Part shown: piece after piece, positions 37,537 through 57,200 of the stretch
How positions within the stretch are numbered: the first letter of the stretch is position 1
Layout: the number at the start of each line of letters is the position of its first letter
Assembly: GCF_009914755.1 (NCBI RefSeq)
Contig: NC_060947.1
From: the human T2T-CHM13v2.0 reference genome, Homo sapiens
Direction: 5' to 3' (one strand)
Length of the DNA stretch: 64,000 nt
Position numbers and translations under genes: made by a program
Notes under the pieces: generated by a model
The model's input: the letters and a program-made list of their open reading frames with translations, nothing else
What the model was told of the DNA's origin: nothing
Databases searched by the model: none

Positions 37537-38030
37537 ACAGTCATAGTTCCTGTGACTGCTACCCTTAGAAAGACCTGCTTGGAAGTTACGCTCCCTGCTG
37601 GCATCTGGAAACTTGACTCTCAGAATTTCCCTAGTCAACAGTTAACTGATAAGATGGCTCACTGTGCCTTGACTGTTGATACAGAAAACGTAGTTTATGC
37701 TGAATATCTGCTTTCCTTCTGGGAGTCTGGAATTTTGGTGCATGCTAGGCAGAGGAAGTCTCTGTTACCAAACACCAGTGTAAAGTGTGGGCAATGAGTC
37801 TGGGCTTCTCTGGCCAGAAACATCACACGTGCCACTGCATATTTGTTGCCGAGAGAAGCATGTGCTCTGTGTGGCCCCTCATGGGAGGGAGAGAGCATAA
37901 GGAAGTCTGTGCATGGGCTCCTCCAAACTTTGCCTGTCTTTTCTGCTTGTGATCTGGCTGTGTGCCCTAACTACATTGCTGTAATAAATCTTGGTTGTGA
38001 TTATAACTATATGCTGAATCCTGTGTTTCC
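37537..38030 (+). mobile_element. LTR fragment, MER21-like, directly abutting inverted repeat B
   Basis: 'ctgggagtctggaattttggtgcatgctaggcagagg', AATAAA ~37983, 'tataactatatgctgaatcctgtg'. Confidence 0.65.
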
Positions 38031-38359
38031 AACTATAACAAACAAGAAAAGCAGGAATAACATACTATAGAAGTGCATGAGGCAGTTAAGTACTAAAGAT
38101 AAGTAGCTATTTATGTTATTTTTTTCTAAATTTTCAGATGTTTCTAACATTTGTCAACGTTTTCAAATGTGTGTTCTTTTGTTTTTTTTTTCTCACTTTA
38201 AATATTTGCTTTTGTTCCCAATTTTATACTGGTAATTTTGCATTCTTATACTTAAAGAAGGCCCCAGATGTTACAAGCTTCAAGCCCCACAAAACCTGGA
38301 TCTGTCTCTGTCTTGGATCCAAGACTTGCTGCCTCATGTTGGTTTTCCTGTTGTCACTT

Positions 38360-38690
38360 CATATTACACAGATGGGGAAATTAAAGCCAAGAGAGGGGAA
38401 GCTAACCTTACTTGGCAAAACTGGGACAGGATCCAGTTCTTCCAATTCCCAGTTTAATGAGTGCTCTTTCCCCCTATTCTGTAAAGTTTTTTGGTAACTT
38501 GTCTGTAAATATCGGTCATGGTACATTGTCCACTGGGTGGCACTCAAGAGATTGAAATTTGAGTTCCTTCTCTTTGAGTAGTTGGGTAGTCTTGAACTAG
38601 TCCCTTTCCCTCCTGGGACAGATTTTCCCAGTTTGTAAAATAAAGGGGCTGGATTTAGTGCTCTTTATAGACCTTTCTCTCTCAGATATT
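38360..38690. mobile_element. Two MIR fragments in opposite orientation
   Basis: 'acagatggggaaattaaagccaagagagggg' (-) and 'cagattttcccagtttgtaaaataaagggg' (+). Confidence 0.55.
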
Positions 38691-38936
38691 TCCTGAGTTT
38701 TTCATTCTAGAAATGCTGGAATCATATATTTGTAACTGAAACTAGTAATCTTCTTGTTCTTGAGTCTTCTTCATCTCTAAAGTGGACATAAAATACATAC
38801 CTCTCGTGGTTGTTGTGAAGCCCGTGGCACTATTCATGGTAGAGCAGGTGATCAAAAGTCGCTTGCATCCTTCTGTCCAATTGGGAACAAAAGCTTTCAT
38901 GTATAATTCTCACACCTCTCCCTTGGAATCAGACAA

Positions 38937-39900
38937 TCTTATCAGAAAACCTAAAAATTTTTTTCAATCAATTTAGAAGTTTATTTTGCCAAGGCTAAGG
39001 ACATGCCTGTGACACTGCCTAAGAAGGTCCTGGTGACATGCCCAAGGTGGTCAGGCCACAGTTTGGTTTTTAGGGAGATATAAGACATCAACTGATACAT
39101 GTGAGATGTACATTCGTTTGGTCTGGAAAAGCAGGACAAATGGAAGTTGGAGGACTTCCAGGTCATAGGCAGGTTCAGAAATTTTCTGACTGGTATTAAT
39201 AATTGGTTGAGTTATTATCTAAAGACCTGGAATCATTAGAAGGGAATGTCTGGTTTACGATAAGGAGTTGTGGAGACCACAGTTTTATCATGCAGATGAA
39301 ACCTCCAGGTAGCAGGCTTCAGAGAGAATAGATTGTAAATGTTTCTTATTAGACTTAAAGAGTCTATTGTATCAGTCTTAAGGACAGTGTTCATGTTGAT
39401 GGTAATGAGGCATGTCCGACTCCCCCTTCCTCATCATGTCCTGAACTAGTTTTTCAGGTTAACTTTGGAATGCCCTTGGCCAAGAGGAGGGGTCCATTCA
39501 GGTGGTTGGGGAGCTTAGAATTTTATTTTTGGTTTACATTCTTTCCTTCTGGCCAGGATTTGCCAGAGGCAACATCAATGGACAAACTTTTATTTTGTCC
39601 CATAGCATTGTGGAGGTGGTTTGGCTGCCTGCCCCAGGTCCATCCTGTCCCTTGGTAGGATCTCTATGGCCAAGAGACTTACAGCCAAAAGACTTATAGA
39701 CAGTTTAAATGTTCTAGGCCAGACAGGAATGGACGTGGACAGGCATTTATTACTCCTTAACAATTTTGAAGTAATGTAAAAGCCAACAAACAGAAAGTAA
39801 AAGGCGAGGTTACAAAATTGCCTTATCTATCTTTAACTTCTATGCATTGAGCTACTGTAGTCTTGGTTTTAGTTACAGATTTTTAGCAATTGGCTATATA
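38937..39900 (-). mobile_element. MER4-family LTR (to 39538) with adjoining internal sequence
   Basis: Minus strand starts tgtaaaccaaaaataaaattctaagctccccaacc at 39538, preceded by a purine tract (ggaaagaa); AATAAA on minus ~38980. Confidence 0.8.
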
Positions 39901-39959
39901 AGCAAGCCTAAATTTTAAAAAGAAGAGAAAATGAAGCATACATTTAAAAGTTCTTAAAC

Positions 39960-40274
<315 letters not shown>

Positions 40275-41164
40275 TAATTTGCAAACAGAAAACATGCCCA
40301 AATATTAAGTGAATGCACTGATGAACATTCACAACTTAACAAGATAGCCAGCACTTAAATCACAAAATAGAACACCGCTAGGACCTCTTTGTAATACCCT
40401 CCAAGTCACTACTTCTGCCCAAAGGTAATCGCTATTTTGCAACATTTTTTATTACTTTATATAAATGAGATCGTACACTGCGTAATCTTATTACTGTCTG
40501 GATTTTTATATTAAATATTGCTTGTGAGATTCATCCATGTTGTCATGTCAGCAATACTTTATTCTCATTGCCATATACTATTCCATTTTTATCAGTATAC
40601 CATGATATATTTACCCATTCTGCTATTTGTACATACTGGAATTGTTCCCAGGTTTTTGTAATACAAGCAAAGCTGCTATGAACATGCTTGGATTTACTTT
40701 CTTTGGTGAATATGTATTACTGTTATGTACATGTCTAGAGGTAAAATTGATGATTTATGGGATATGCATATGTTTAATTTTAGCAGATATTGAAAAACAG
40801 ATTTTTAAAGCGGCTGTAGCAATTTACATTACCACCAGCAATGTGTGAGTTCCATTTGCTCTCCGTCCTTGACAGCACATGTTGTCACTTAGGTGGGTAT
40901 GCAGGGGGATCCTTTTTTGGCATGTTTACTTATTTTTTTACACAGTGCAAACTGGTGTGGTGTACCGTTTTATGGCTTTTGCCTAATGCCATCACTAAAG
41001 TTACCAAACAATTCCATCACCTCAGAAATTGCTTTGTACCGCCTCTTGGCATTCATCCCCTTCTCCATTCTCAACCCTGGCAGCCACTGATCTAATTTCC
41101 ATTCCCATAGTTTTCCAGATTATCAAAGAAACAGAATGATATGGTTGTAACCTTTTGGATGTAG

Positions 41165-41566
<402 letters not shown>

Positions 41567-42713
41567 TAGATGTATCACATTTTGTTTATGAGTCCTATAG
41601 TTGAGGGATACTTGGTTTGTTTCCATTTTTTCTCTATTATGGATACATTGTTATAAACATTTGTGTACAGGGTTTGTGTGAACATAGTTTTTATTTCTTT
41701 TGAGTAAATAGGAGTGGGATTGCTGGGTTACTTGGTAAATTGCTGGGTTATAGTTCTTTTTGAGAACTTGTCAAACTTTTGCTGAGTGGCTATACCATTT
41801 TGCATTCCCACTAGGAGGGCTTGAGAGTTCCAGTTGTTCCACATTCTTGCCAGCACCTGGTACTGCTAGTTTTTCTGTGTGTGTTTTTGTTTTGTTTTGC
41901 CACTCTAAGGTGTATAGTGGTATCTCTTTCTGGTTATAATTTGCATTTCTCTAATGATTATTAATGTTGAACATCTTTTAACATGCTTATTTGCCATCCA
42001 TCTAACTTCTGTGGTAAATTTTCTGTTTATATTCTCGTCCATTCAAAATATTGGGTTGCTTGTTTTCTTATGGTTAATTTTAAAAGCTTTATTTGGAAAT
42101 AATTATAGATTTAAAGGAAGTTGCAAAGAATTGTATTCCCTTCACTCACCCTTCCCCAATGTTAACATCTTGCCTAACTATGGTACAATATTAGTATCAG
42201 AAAATTGACATTGGTACAATCCACAGAGGTTATTCAGATTTTACCAGTTATACATATACTTGTGTGTGTGTGTTTCTATGCAATTTTATCACATGTATAG
42301 TTTTGTGTAGCTTCCACGACAATCAACATACAGAACTGTGCCATCACCGCAACATTCCTCTCATATTACCTCTCCACAGCCTCACCCACTTCCTACTCTA
42401 CATCCCTTACCCTTATCAACCACTATTTGGTTTACCATCTGTATAATGTTGTTATTCCAAGGATGTTATATACATGGAAGCATACTATATAGTATGTTTC
42501 CTTTTCATATTTGCTTTTTTTCCCACTCAGCATAATTCCTGGAGGTTCCTTCAAGTTGTGACATGTATCAATAGTTCATTCCTTTTTATTGCTGGATAGT
42601 ATTTCATAGTATGGATGTACTATAATTTAAGCATTGTCAATTTTGGTAGTTTCCACTTTGAGCTATTCCAAATAAAGTTTCTGTGAATATTCATATACAA
42701 GTTTCTACATTAA

Positions 42714-43073
<360 letters not shown>

Positions 43074-43106
43074 AATCCATTTTTAGTGTTTAAAGAAACT
43101 GCAAAC

Positions 43107-43208
43107 CACCATGGCACATGTATACCTATGTAACTAACCTGCACATTCTGCACATGTACCCCAGAATTTAAAGTATAATAAATAATAATACTAATTTTTT
43201 TTTTAAAA
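43107..43208 (+). mobile_element. ~100-bp 5'-truncated L1PA tail with TSD, inside an antisense L1
   Basis: catggcacatgtatacctatgtaactaacctgcac...aaagtataata; TSD aaagaaactgc at 43092-43102 and 43209-43219. Confidence 0.85.
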
Positions 43209-43986
43209 AAAGAAACTGCCAAACTATTTTCCAGAGTGATTGTGCAGTTTTACATTTTGACCAGCGATGTCAGTGATCCATTTGCTCCACATCTTCATTA
43301 GCATTTGGTGTTGTCACAGTGTTTTATTTTAGCCACTTTGATAGGTTTCTAGCAATATCTCATTGTGGTTTTAATTTGCATTTTCCTGAGGGCTAATGAT
43401 ATTGAACATCTTTTCATGTGCTTATTTGGCATCTGTGTATCCTTTTCAGTTAAATGTCTTTTGCCTCTTTTCTAATTGGATTTTTTTTTTAATGTTGAGT
43501 TTTGAGAGTTCTTTATATATTCCAGATATAAGTCCTTTGTGGGATATATAATTTGCAAATTTTTCTCTCAGTTTGTAATTTGTCTTTTTTCATCTCCTTG
43601 AAAGAGTTTTTCACAGAGCAAAGTTTTTAAATTTGATGAGGTATAATTTTCAATTTTTACTTTTATGGGTCATGCTTTTGATGCCAAATGTAAGAACTCC
43701 TCACCTAATCTTATGTCTGAAGATTTTCTCTTGTGTTTTTTTGAAAAGTTTTACATTTTTACATTTCACACTATGTTCCATTTTGAGTTAAAGTTTGAGA
43801 TTTAAGTCAAGGCTCATTTTTCTTTTTCTTTCTTTCCCCCCCTCCGCCATGTATGTCCAGTTGCTTCAACACCACTTGTTGAAAAAACTCTGCCTCTTCC
43901 TTTGAATTGGTTTTGCACCTTTTTCAAAAATCAATTGGGCATCTTTGCGTGGATCTATTTCTGTCTCTGATACTCTTTTTCGTCTC

Positions 43987-44232
43987 TTTTTAAGAGTCAG
44001 TGTCTCACTCCATGCCCAGGCTGGAGTGCAGTGATGCAATCATGGCTTACTCCTAGGCTTAAGCAATTCTCCTGCCTCAGCCTTCTGAGTAGCTGGGACT
44101 ACAGGTGTGTGCCACCATATGCAGCTTTTTTTATTATTATTATTTTTTGTAGAGACAGAGTCTCACTCTGTTGCCCAGGCTAGTCTCAAACTCCTGGCCT
44201 CAAGTGATCCTTCCACCTTGGCCTCCCAAAGT
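43987..44232 (-). mobile_element. Alu (AluJ-like, deleted)
   Basis: Alu body on minus with internal deletion and missing 5' end. Confidence 0.85.
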
Positions 44233-44469
44233 ATATGTTTGCTATTCTGTTCTGTTGTTCTATGTGTCTATACCTCCTTCAGTACCATACTGTGTGGATC
44301 ATTATTACTGTTGAATTTTGAGGGTTTTTTTTTTATTCTGGATACAAGTTCTTCTTCAGATTTATGATTTGCAAATATTCTTTTCCAGTCTGTGGTTAGT
44401 CTTTTTATTCTCTTAAGAGTGCTCTTTACAAATATCTTTCTTTTATTAATTTCCAATATCGCCTGATAA

Positions 44470-44773
<304 letters not shown>

Positions 44774-46074
44774 TCCTGAGAATATACTTTTAATGATTTC
44801 AGTTCTTTTAAATTTGTTGAGTTTTTTTATGGCCCACAGCATGGTTGATCTCTATGAACATTCCATGTGCTGCTGAAAAACGTGCATTGGATGTAGTTTT
44901 AAAAATACGTATCAGTTAAGTCAAGGTGAATAGTAGTGCTGTTTAAGTAATTTATGTCATCACTAATTTTCTGCCTACATTTTCCTGCAGTTACTAAGAG
45001 AGAAGTGTTAAAGTTTCCCATTATAATTGTGTATTTGTCATTTTATTTTTTCAGTAGTGTCACAGTTTGTCTAATATATTTTAAGCTCTGTTAAGTACAT
45101 GCACATTTATACTTTTTATATCTAATTGGAGAATTGACCTCTTTATTATTGTGTAATATCTCAATTTCTGACAACATTCTTTGTTCTGAAGTTTACTTTG
45201 TCTGATATTACTATAGCTACTTCTGCACAATATTTTACTTCTAGTAATATTTTAGATCAGATAATTTATTTCTTTTTAGCACTCTTGATTTGTTTGTGAA
45301 GATTTATGTTTCCATCTAATATATTCCTTCGGTATAAAAAAACCTCTTAAAGATTTCTTGTAGTGTAGGAATACTGGCTAGGATTTCCATCATTATTTTT
45401 GTTTTCCTGAGAAAGTCCTTATTTCTCCCTCATTTTAAAAATCAGCCTTATGGTGATAAAATTTACATACCATAAATTCACCCTTTTAAGTGTACAATTC
45501 AGTAACTTTTAGTGAATTTACAGTTATGTAACCACTAACATAATCTACTCTTAAAACATTGCCATCACCTCTGAAGATCCTTCATGCCAGTTTGTAGTCA
45601 GTCACCTTCCTATCCCCAACCCTGGCAACCACTAATTTACTTTTTGTTATTGTAGATTTCCTGTCTTTGGAATTTCCTATAAATAGAATCACACAATATC
45701 TAGTCTTTTGTATCTGGCTTCTTTCACTTAGCATAATGTTTTTGAGGCTCGTCAATGTTGTAGCATATATCAGTATTTTGTTCCTTTGTTTTGCTGGCTA
45801 GTATTTCATTGTATGGATGTATCATATTTTGTTTATCTGTTTAATAGTTGATAAACATTTGGATTGTTTTCACTTTTTGGCTATTGCGAATAATTCAGTC
45901 ATGAGCATACTTACAAGTCTTTGTGTGAACATAGGTTTTCATTTTATTTATTGCCTAGGTGTTGAATTGCTGGTTCACATGGTAAATTTATATTTAGCAT
46001 TTGAAAGAATTAATGGCCAAACTGTTTTCCAGAGTGGCTCCATCAGTTAATATTCACACCAGCAATGTCATCTT

Positions 46075-46815
46075 CTTTATTTTTTAATTTATTATTATTT
46101 CAATTGTTTTTTGGGGAACAGGTGGTATTTGGTTACATGGAAAAGTTCTTTCGTGGTGATTTCTGAGATTTTGGTGCACCCATCATACAAGCAGTATACA
46201 CTGTACCCAATGTGTAGTCTTTTATCCCTCACACCCCTCCCACCCTTACCCATGAGTCCTGAGTCCATTATATCATTCTTATGCCTTTATGTCCTCATAA
46301 CTTAGCTCCCACTTATAAGTGAGAACATATAATGTTTGGCTTTTCATTCCTGAGTTACTCACTTAGAATAATGGTCTCCAACTCCATGGAGGTTGGTGCA
46401 AATGCCATTATTTCATTCCTTTTTATGGCCAAATCGTATTCCATGGTGTATGTGGGAGATATATATATATATAGATATAGATATATATCTCACATTTTCT
46501 TTATTCACTCATTAGTTGATGGGCATTTAGGCTGGTTCTATATTTTTGCAATTGCAAATTGTGCTGCTATGAACATGCATGTACAAGTGTCTTTTTCATA
46601 TAATGACTTCTTTACCTCTGGGTAGATACCCAGTAGTGATTGCTGGATCAAACGGTAGATCTACTTTTAGTGCTTTAAGGAGTCTCCATACTGTTTTCTG
46701 TAGTGGTTATAGTAGTTTACATTCCCACCAGCACTGTAAAAGTGTTCCCTTTTCACCACATCCACACCAACATCTATTATTTTTTAATTTTTAAATTATG
46801 GCCATTCTTGCAGGA
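46075..46815 (-). mobile_element. L1PB-like 3' end
   Basis: 'tttttggggaacaggtggtatttggttacatgg...gtggtgatttctgagattttggtgcacccatca' followed by antisense ORF2 C-terminus. Confidence 0.8.
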
Positions 46816-47080
46816 ATTGTGTGTGGTTTTGCCTGGCTTATGATCTGGGAAACTTGCATCCTCCTGTTAGTATGTCTAGTTAGCTCTGAGAAGTGGCTTG
46901 GTTTAATCTAGACCTCCTTTTCTAAACACGTAGAAATTCCTAGGGAAAATGAAATGTTGTTCTATCACTCCAAGGTTTCTTTGGGGTCTTTTAAGGGATA
47001 GGTTCCTCTTCTGAAAGCTCAAAGTCACCCGTGATTCTGGGTAAGAGCAGGAGTAGGTTAACCTAAGCAGTTGCTCAATA

Positions 47081-47409
<329 letters not shown>

Positions 47410-47659
47410 CTAATTTACGCTAACTTCTTTTTTATATGCAAAAGATAGTCATAGGATCTTAATAAGTTGTGTAATCATGTTATTTGAGATTGTATACTAT
47501 ATGTAGCTCATGTCACATTAGTTATTTTCACCTAAGGATACCTTAACATTAGGCCTACAGAAAATTAATATAATACCTTTGTTCTCTGCAAAAGGCTACA
47601 ACAAGTGATCTCTAGAGGTGTTTTCTGACTCTCAAATCTCTAACTCTTGGATTCTGCCT

Positions 47660-48019
47660 CATCCAGAAAGGTTTGGGTTACCAAAGCAAAGTACCATAAA
47701 CTGGATGACTTGAAAACAACAGAAATTTATTTTTCATAGTTCTGGAGGCTGGAAGTCTTAGATCTGGGTGCTAATATGAGTTCTGGTGAGGACCCTCTTT
47801 GGGGTTGCAGATGGCCATCTTCTTGCTGTGTGTTCTCACACAGAAGAAAGAGAGTGAGCTAGCTCTCTGGCCTGTTCTTATAAGGGTACTTATCTCATTT
47901 AGGATGGTCCCACCCTCATGATCTAATCACCTTCCAAAGGACCCATTTCCTAATACCATCACCTTAGGGGTCAGGATTTCAACATATAAATTTTGCGGGG
48001 ACACATTCAATCCATAACA
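47660..48019 (-). mobile_element. MLT1 solo LTR
   Basis: 'aaacaacagaaatttatt...agttctggaggctggaagtc...ttcaacatataaatttt...cattcaatccataaca'. Confidence 0.85.
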
Positions 48020-50630
48020 GATTCTTTCCTGTTATTATTTTAGAATGACATGGACTCTTTCCCAGTCCATTTGGGTTAGGATTCTTATTCAGCCTGGAGG
48101 CAGAGCCGTACCCTGTATGGCCTATCACATTCCTTTTAGCCTGGGTCTCTGGTTACTTGTAGAACCCTTATTTATAATTATTGTCTAATGCTGGGATTCT
48201 CCAGAGTGCTGCTTGGAGAAATTTAGCCTCTTAGAGACAGTTGCAATAAAAGAATTCTATCAAAAAGAATTCACTGAATTGTGATCACAAACAAAATAAC
48301 TTTGTGGGGATAAAATGTACTCCAACAAGGGAGGCTTATGTTTGTTTTTCAGCCTCTCCTCCCAGTGCTGCACTTCTAATCTCTCTGCAGAAAGAAACAT
48401 TTCAACAGAGAACCCAGTGGAAATTATGACATGTTATCTTCTCAGAGTCCTGAACTCCCATCCCTACCTCAGAAGAGACTCCTCTGTTCACAGAAGCTAA
48501 AGGCAGTTCCTTCCCAATGGCAACTATGTTTGGATGTTGGATCTACACTTTCTCAAGCACTGTGATCTTCAAATGTAAGTTTAGTAACATAAATATCTTT
48601 TTGCAGCCTGAAAGAATTTTATGTCTCTGTGTTATCAGGTAATGTTTCAGTATCTCATATTTTGCTGGTAACATTTAGAATGTTAATCTCATAAGGAGAT
48701 TTTAGAGTTATAGTTAAATTTCTTTATCTGGGTTAGATGGGAATCCTTTATTCTGGGGAAAGCAAAGTTCTTTCTATAAGCCTGGGTTCTCATAATATAC
48801 AGACTGGGAAACTTGGGAAAGAGTAGGAGCATCATTAGTTTCATTTTATAGGTGGGAATAACAAAGCATGGAGAGACAAACATATTTGCCAAAATAGTTA
48901 TTCTCAACTCCTTGTTTTGGGAATTCTAGAGTGTTTCATAGGATTTCAAAGTACCTCACAAAATTGTTCTAAATTTCTCAAAGCCAAATTCATTTTAATT
49001 AACTTTAATTTTTTTTGAAAAGTTATAGCATTCTTGGGGGTAGGATAGGTACATTTTATAAAAACAATACAAACAATTGTTTTGCTTAGAACCAGTGAAA
49101 TGTCAAAACTCCAAAAATGTTTGGGAAGCACTGGATTAGTCAGTAGCATAACAAGCAATAAAACAACCCAGGTCAGGTGCAGAGAGATATAAACTCTTGT
49201 CTCATCCTCCATAGATCTGTATTTTCAAAGGCAGAGTCTTGTGTGACTGCATGTCTGAGGATATGTCTCTTCTGGACAGGGTTTTTACAGTACTTGAGAA
49301 TGATCCTAACAACCTTTTGGGGTGACTCAATTTTTTTCACTGCTAGAGAGGTAAAACAAATATTGATACAGTTGAACAGTGAGAAATTGAGTTTGGCTGG
49401 AGCACAGGCACATAATGGTAGAATTATGAGCCTGTGCTAGGCTGTGTGGGTTTGGCCAAATTGGGTCAAGTGAAAACAGAAAGATCAGTTAGAAACTTGC
49501 AATAGTTTCGATAAAAGATGTTATGGCGGTTGTCCAACTTTATTGTGAACTCTCTTATTGTACTAGTGTTTAAAAGCAGATAAGCTGTTACCTCTTGAAT
49601 CCCACAGGCTGTCTAGTTATACTGGTCAGGATCTCTTCCAGCTCAATTTTTTAAAAAATCCTTTGCCTTGACTTCCAAAGGCACCTGTTAAGAGTGGACT
49701 TCTCAAGCTGTGTAAAGTACTTTTGGCATAATCAAGTCTATGTTGTTCCATGAAGCTCTAAGTCCAGAGTAACTGTCTTTAGTTGATCATATTGAAAGCA
49801 AGAACATCATTTCAAACAAACCAAGTCTGAGATATTTAACCCACATGTGCTTTCAGACCTGGTATGTATGAGCTTGAGCAATGAAGCCTTATTCCATTTT
49901 GATGTTATAAAAAATGGAGGGATTTCCCTGCAGTCAGTTTCACAGCCACTATTTGACTTATATTTGAAGGGGGAAAGATAAGGGCTGTGTTCTTTTGATC
50001 TGAATTTTTCTGTTCTTAAAAGTTTTCTTTTCTAAGAACACTAGTCAGTACCTGGAGACACTCCGACATATTTAAAGAATTAATTTGCTTTATTGAAAAA
50101 AGTTGTTTCTTTAAACATTTAAATAATTACTTTTTCTTCAGTGACAAATTAGTTTGCTTTAATGAAAAAAAAGGTTTTTTTCATAACTTTCATTACATGA
50201 ACCTTTAGCAAAGGAGATTTCTCCCATTATATACTTCTTATGATCAACAAATTCCATCATCTCCCCACTAAGAGAAAGTACTCCAAGATGATAGAATGAT
50301 TTTAAAGTTATGGGACTACAACAGCAGCCACAGGAACCTTGAGTAAGTACCATGAACCCTGACCCTCAGCGTTAATTTGTAAGCCTTTGGCAGTGAGATG
50401 GAATGTCTTCCTTCAGTTTGAAACAAAGGAAACCTATTGCATCGCACGTAAATTTGTATATTGATGCTATATTGACTTTGTAGCTGCCATGCCTTCATAC
50501 AGACACCTCATCCAGCCCCCACTGTTCCACTTATTGTGATGGTTTGTATATCTTTATTTCAAAGAAGATCTGTTTGAACCGTGTTTAATTTCTTCTTTGA
50601 CCTGCTTTCATCACTGCCCATGCCTACCCT

Positions 50631-50712
50631 GGTGGCATTCTCATCCACGAGACTACCACATCCATGCCACTAGGTGGCATTCTCATCCATGAGACTACTG
50701 CACCCGTGCGCA
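50631..50712 (+). repeat. Two-copy 42-bp tandem duplication
   Basis: ggtggcattctcatcca(c/t)gagactac starts at 50631 and 50673. Confidence 0.9.
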
Positions 50713-51299
50713 CGTCAAGAAGTAGCCAAGCCATGGGCTGGATTGTGCTTTTCCTGAGAGGATGAAAGGCTTCATGGATACATGCTAGTATCCATGTTCC
50801 TCTATTCTCAAGTCAGGCACCAAGATGATGTTTCATACCTGCCTGCCTTTCAAAGTCTCATAAATGTTCATTGAATATCCACTCTATGCAAGGCACTAGG
50901 GTAGTCACAGAGGCAAGGTTTGAGCTAAACTACAGGCCCTGCCCTCCAGGAGCTCCCGGTCTCATGGCAGGGTGCAGAAGCCAGAATAGAGGGCCATGGC
51001 ATGGGAGAGAACTCTGCTGACCGGGAGCTCTGAAGGGTTAGGGGTCCATGAGCCTGATTTATGGGGTCGTTGCCATAGGATTAGGGGCTCCCTGGCATAC
51101 AGTGAATGGAGAGACTAGCATTGCTGTGTTATTTCACTGAGAGGGCACCAATGTTCAGCCTCTGAGACCAGGGGAGGAAAGCAGTGGCCATGAATGTTCC
51201 CTCCCATCCCGGGGACTGACTGGGCTCCTCCCACAGTCTCAGACACAGAGGAAGAAGTGTACTCACACTGCCCCAACACCAGTGAGTGGAAATATTTAT

Positions 51300-55680
<4,381 letters not shown>

Positions 55681-55719
55681 ACTTTTGATATTCTTTTCCA
55701 TGGGAATTTCATGGATTTC

Positions 55720-57200
55720 ACTAAAATCTTTGTGCAGATGATTTCCAATATTTACTTCCAACTTTGACCTTTCTCCTGAGATTGTCGCAGTTTCCCATCT
55801 GTTTCTTAGCCATTAATGCCCTAATTGCAGAATCAGTGTGTCACAACTGAAATTCATCATCTTTCCTCCCAATCAATTTATTCTTCCTCTGTGTTCCTTA
55901 TTTCTGTTAATCATAGATTAACTAATCTTCTAATGATTAGACTATTCTTCTAATCATCCAGACTTTCAATTTGGCATCATATTTACATGTAAGAGAAATG
56001 AGATAGGAAGGAATCAGTTTGTTGCCAAGTTCCACATTACTTTCATAATATTTTGCATATGTTTTCTCTTTACTTTGTATTCTCTCCTTCCTGATCTCTA
56101 TCCTCTTCTGACTTTTTTGATCCCTTACTCTTCTGGTTCTCCTGTCTTTGATCGTTTTATTTCAGGTTATTCTTATCTGCCCCTTAAATTACCTATCTGC
56201 AAGATCTCAGCTCACTGCAACCTCCACCTCCTGGGCTCAAGTGATCCTCCCACCTCAGCCTCCTGAGTAGCCAGTACCATAGGTGCACACCACCATGCCC
56301 AGCTAAAGGGTTTCACCATGTCGCCTAGGCTTGTCTTGAGCTTCTGAACTCCTGAGCTCAAATGATCCACCTGCCTTGGCCTTCCAGAGTGCTAGGATTA
56401 TAGGCATGAGCCACTGTGTCCAACCGTCCACAATCTTTTACAAATCAATGTTTACCTTCCTTCTTGGCTATTTGTATGTAGTCTTAAGATATGAACTATC
56501 ACTTACACACATAACTCCCAAATAAATATTTCTAGCCTTGGAATATTCTGAGAACTTCAGACACATATATCAAACTATCTGTAGGACAGATGTCCAACTG
56601 GATAGATGGACATTTGTAGAATAGATGTGCAATTGGATACATGTCCAAACTTAACTCTCCCCACCTTAGCTGCCCCCAAACTTGTTCCTCTTGTCATATT
56701 TCCAGTCAATGGCATGACCATCCATCTGGGTTCTCAGGACATACATCTGACCATCATTCCTCCTTTCTCCCTCTCCCCTAAAGCCAAATATTCACCAAGT
56801 CAGTACTATTCTAAAACTCTCTTTAATATTCTGTCTTTATCCCCATGCTGCTTCTTTGTCCAGGCTTTTATCATCTCTCATTTAGACTATTTCAGTGATT
56901 TTCAATCTTGCCTTTCTGTCTAGTCTCTTACCATGCCCCCCAACCCGCTTCGTGCAGTCTACTGACACAAAGTGAATTTCTAAATTGAAAATTTAGTCAT
57001 GCCATTTCACTGCAAAGAACAAATCAAAATAAGAACAAGTACAACAATATTTACTGTCTCTCTGGTGGCTGCTTACTTTTCTAAAGGATATAGTTTAAGC
57101 TCTTTAGCCTGTCATATTGTACTGCTCCCTACCTACTTCTTCAGCTTTGTCTCTTGTCACTCCAGAAATATTCTTCTGTCTTTTAATGTGTTCCCTCTGC
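55720..57200 (+). mobile_element. L2 fragments
   Basis: 'aactgaaattcatcatctttcctccc', 'aatggcatgaccatccatc', 'caggcttttatcatctctcatttagact'. Confidence 0.6.
56202..56425 (-). mobile_element. Partial Alu (AluJ-like)
   Basis: 'gatctcagctcactgcaacctccacctcctgggctcaagtgatcc'; linker deleted. Confidence 0.85.

Noticed and set aside
46455-46492. Palindromic gagatatata...tatatctc
   Set aside because: Ordinary (AT)n microsatellite at the usual position in an L1 3' region.
48900-50500. Repeat-poor AT-rich stretch that might be a pseudogene or ancient LINE
   Set aside because: No sustained reading frame or recognisable motif; needs a Dfam/BLAST search.
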